Assembly (NCBI GenBank): GCA_951406725.2
Contig: OX597834.1
Location: 35,402,001 to 35,466,000 of the forward strand
Direction of reading: 5' to 3'
Length of the DNA stretch: 64,000 nt
Origin: Octopus vulgaris
Taxonomy: Eukaryota
The notes under the pieces were generated by a model. The model saw only the letters and a program-made list of their open reading frames with translations. It made no database searches and was not told the origin of the DNA. Every line of letters starts with the position of its first letter. The stretch's first letter is position 1. The position numbers were made by a program, and so were the translations under genes. Of the stretch, positions 63,595 to 64,000 are shown piece by piece.

Positions 63595-63962
63595 TTTTCT
63601 ACTAAAGGCACAAGTTCTGAAATTTTGGGGTAGGGGAGTAGTTGATTATATCGACCCCAGTGCTCAACTGGTTCTTAATTTATCGACCCCAAAAGGATGA
63701 AATGCAAAATCTACCTCGGTATAATTTGAACTCAACGTGAAGACGGGCGAAATACCTATTTCTATTTCTTTACTACCCACAAGGGGCTACACACAGAGAG
63801 GACAAACAAGGACAGACAAACGGATTAAGCCGATTACATCGACCCCAGTGCGTAACTGGTACTTATTTAATCGACCCCGAAAGGATGAAAGGCAAAGTCG
63901 ACCTCGGCGGAATTTGAACTCAGAACGTAGCGGCAGACGAAATACCTGCCAGTTCGCTGCTT
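63595..63962 (-). mobile_element. SINE family B, young body joined to an older body
   Basis: Junction AAAGAAATAG(AAATAG)GTATTTCG at about 63750-63770. Confidence 0.8.
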
Positions 63963-64000
63963 TGTGACTGTATAGTAATAATAATAAGTATGGAGACTTA

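Overview
This is AT-rich, repeat-saturated eukaryotic (animal) DNA, with no operons, rRNA or CRISPR. The SINE, RTE-3'UTR and microsatellite landscape resembles an Octopus (coleoid cephalopod) genome; that is an inference from remembered repeat families, not a database result. One host gene is well supported: the last three coding exons of a BEN-domain protein (23-130, 1400-1517, 2464-2615, + strand), which the ORF track misses because it is spliced. The rest is tRNA-headed SINEs, decayed LINEs (CR1/L2, RTE, Tx1, R4-like, Penelope), DNA-transposon remnants (mariner, Tc1-like, maT-like, pogo), MITEs (hAT, piggyBac, Merlin-like), Helitron-type elements and simple repeats. Most ORFs in the track are microsatellite or SINE artefacts. 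Most notable: minimal hammerhead-ribozyme motifs in short elements embedded in (TA)n tracts, a Helitron inside a Tc1/mariner TIR, Merlin-like MITEs (one family carrying TTAGGG repeats), a recurring SINE tail-to-body junction, SINE head/tail shuffling, and a candidate promoter/first-exon region near 24-25 kb. All coordinates were read by eye and repeat ends are approximate.
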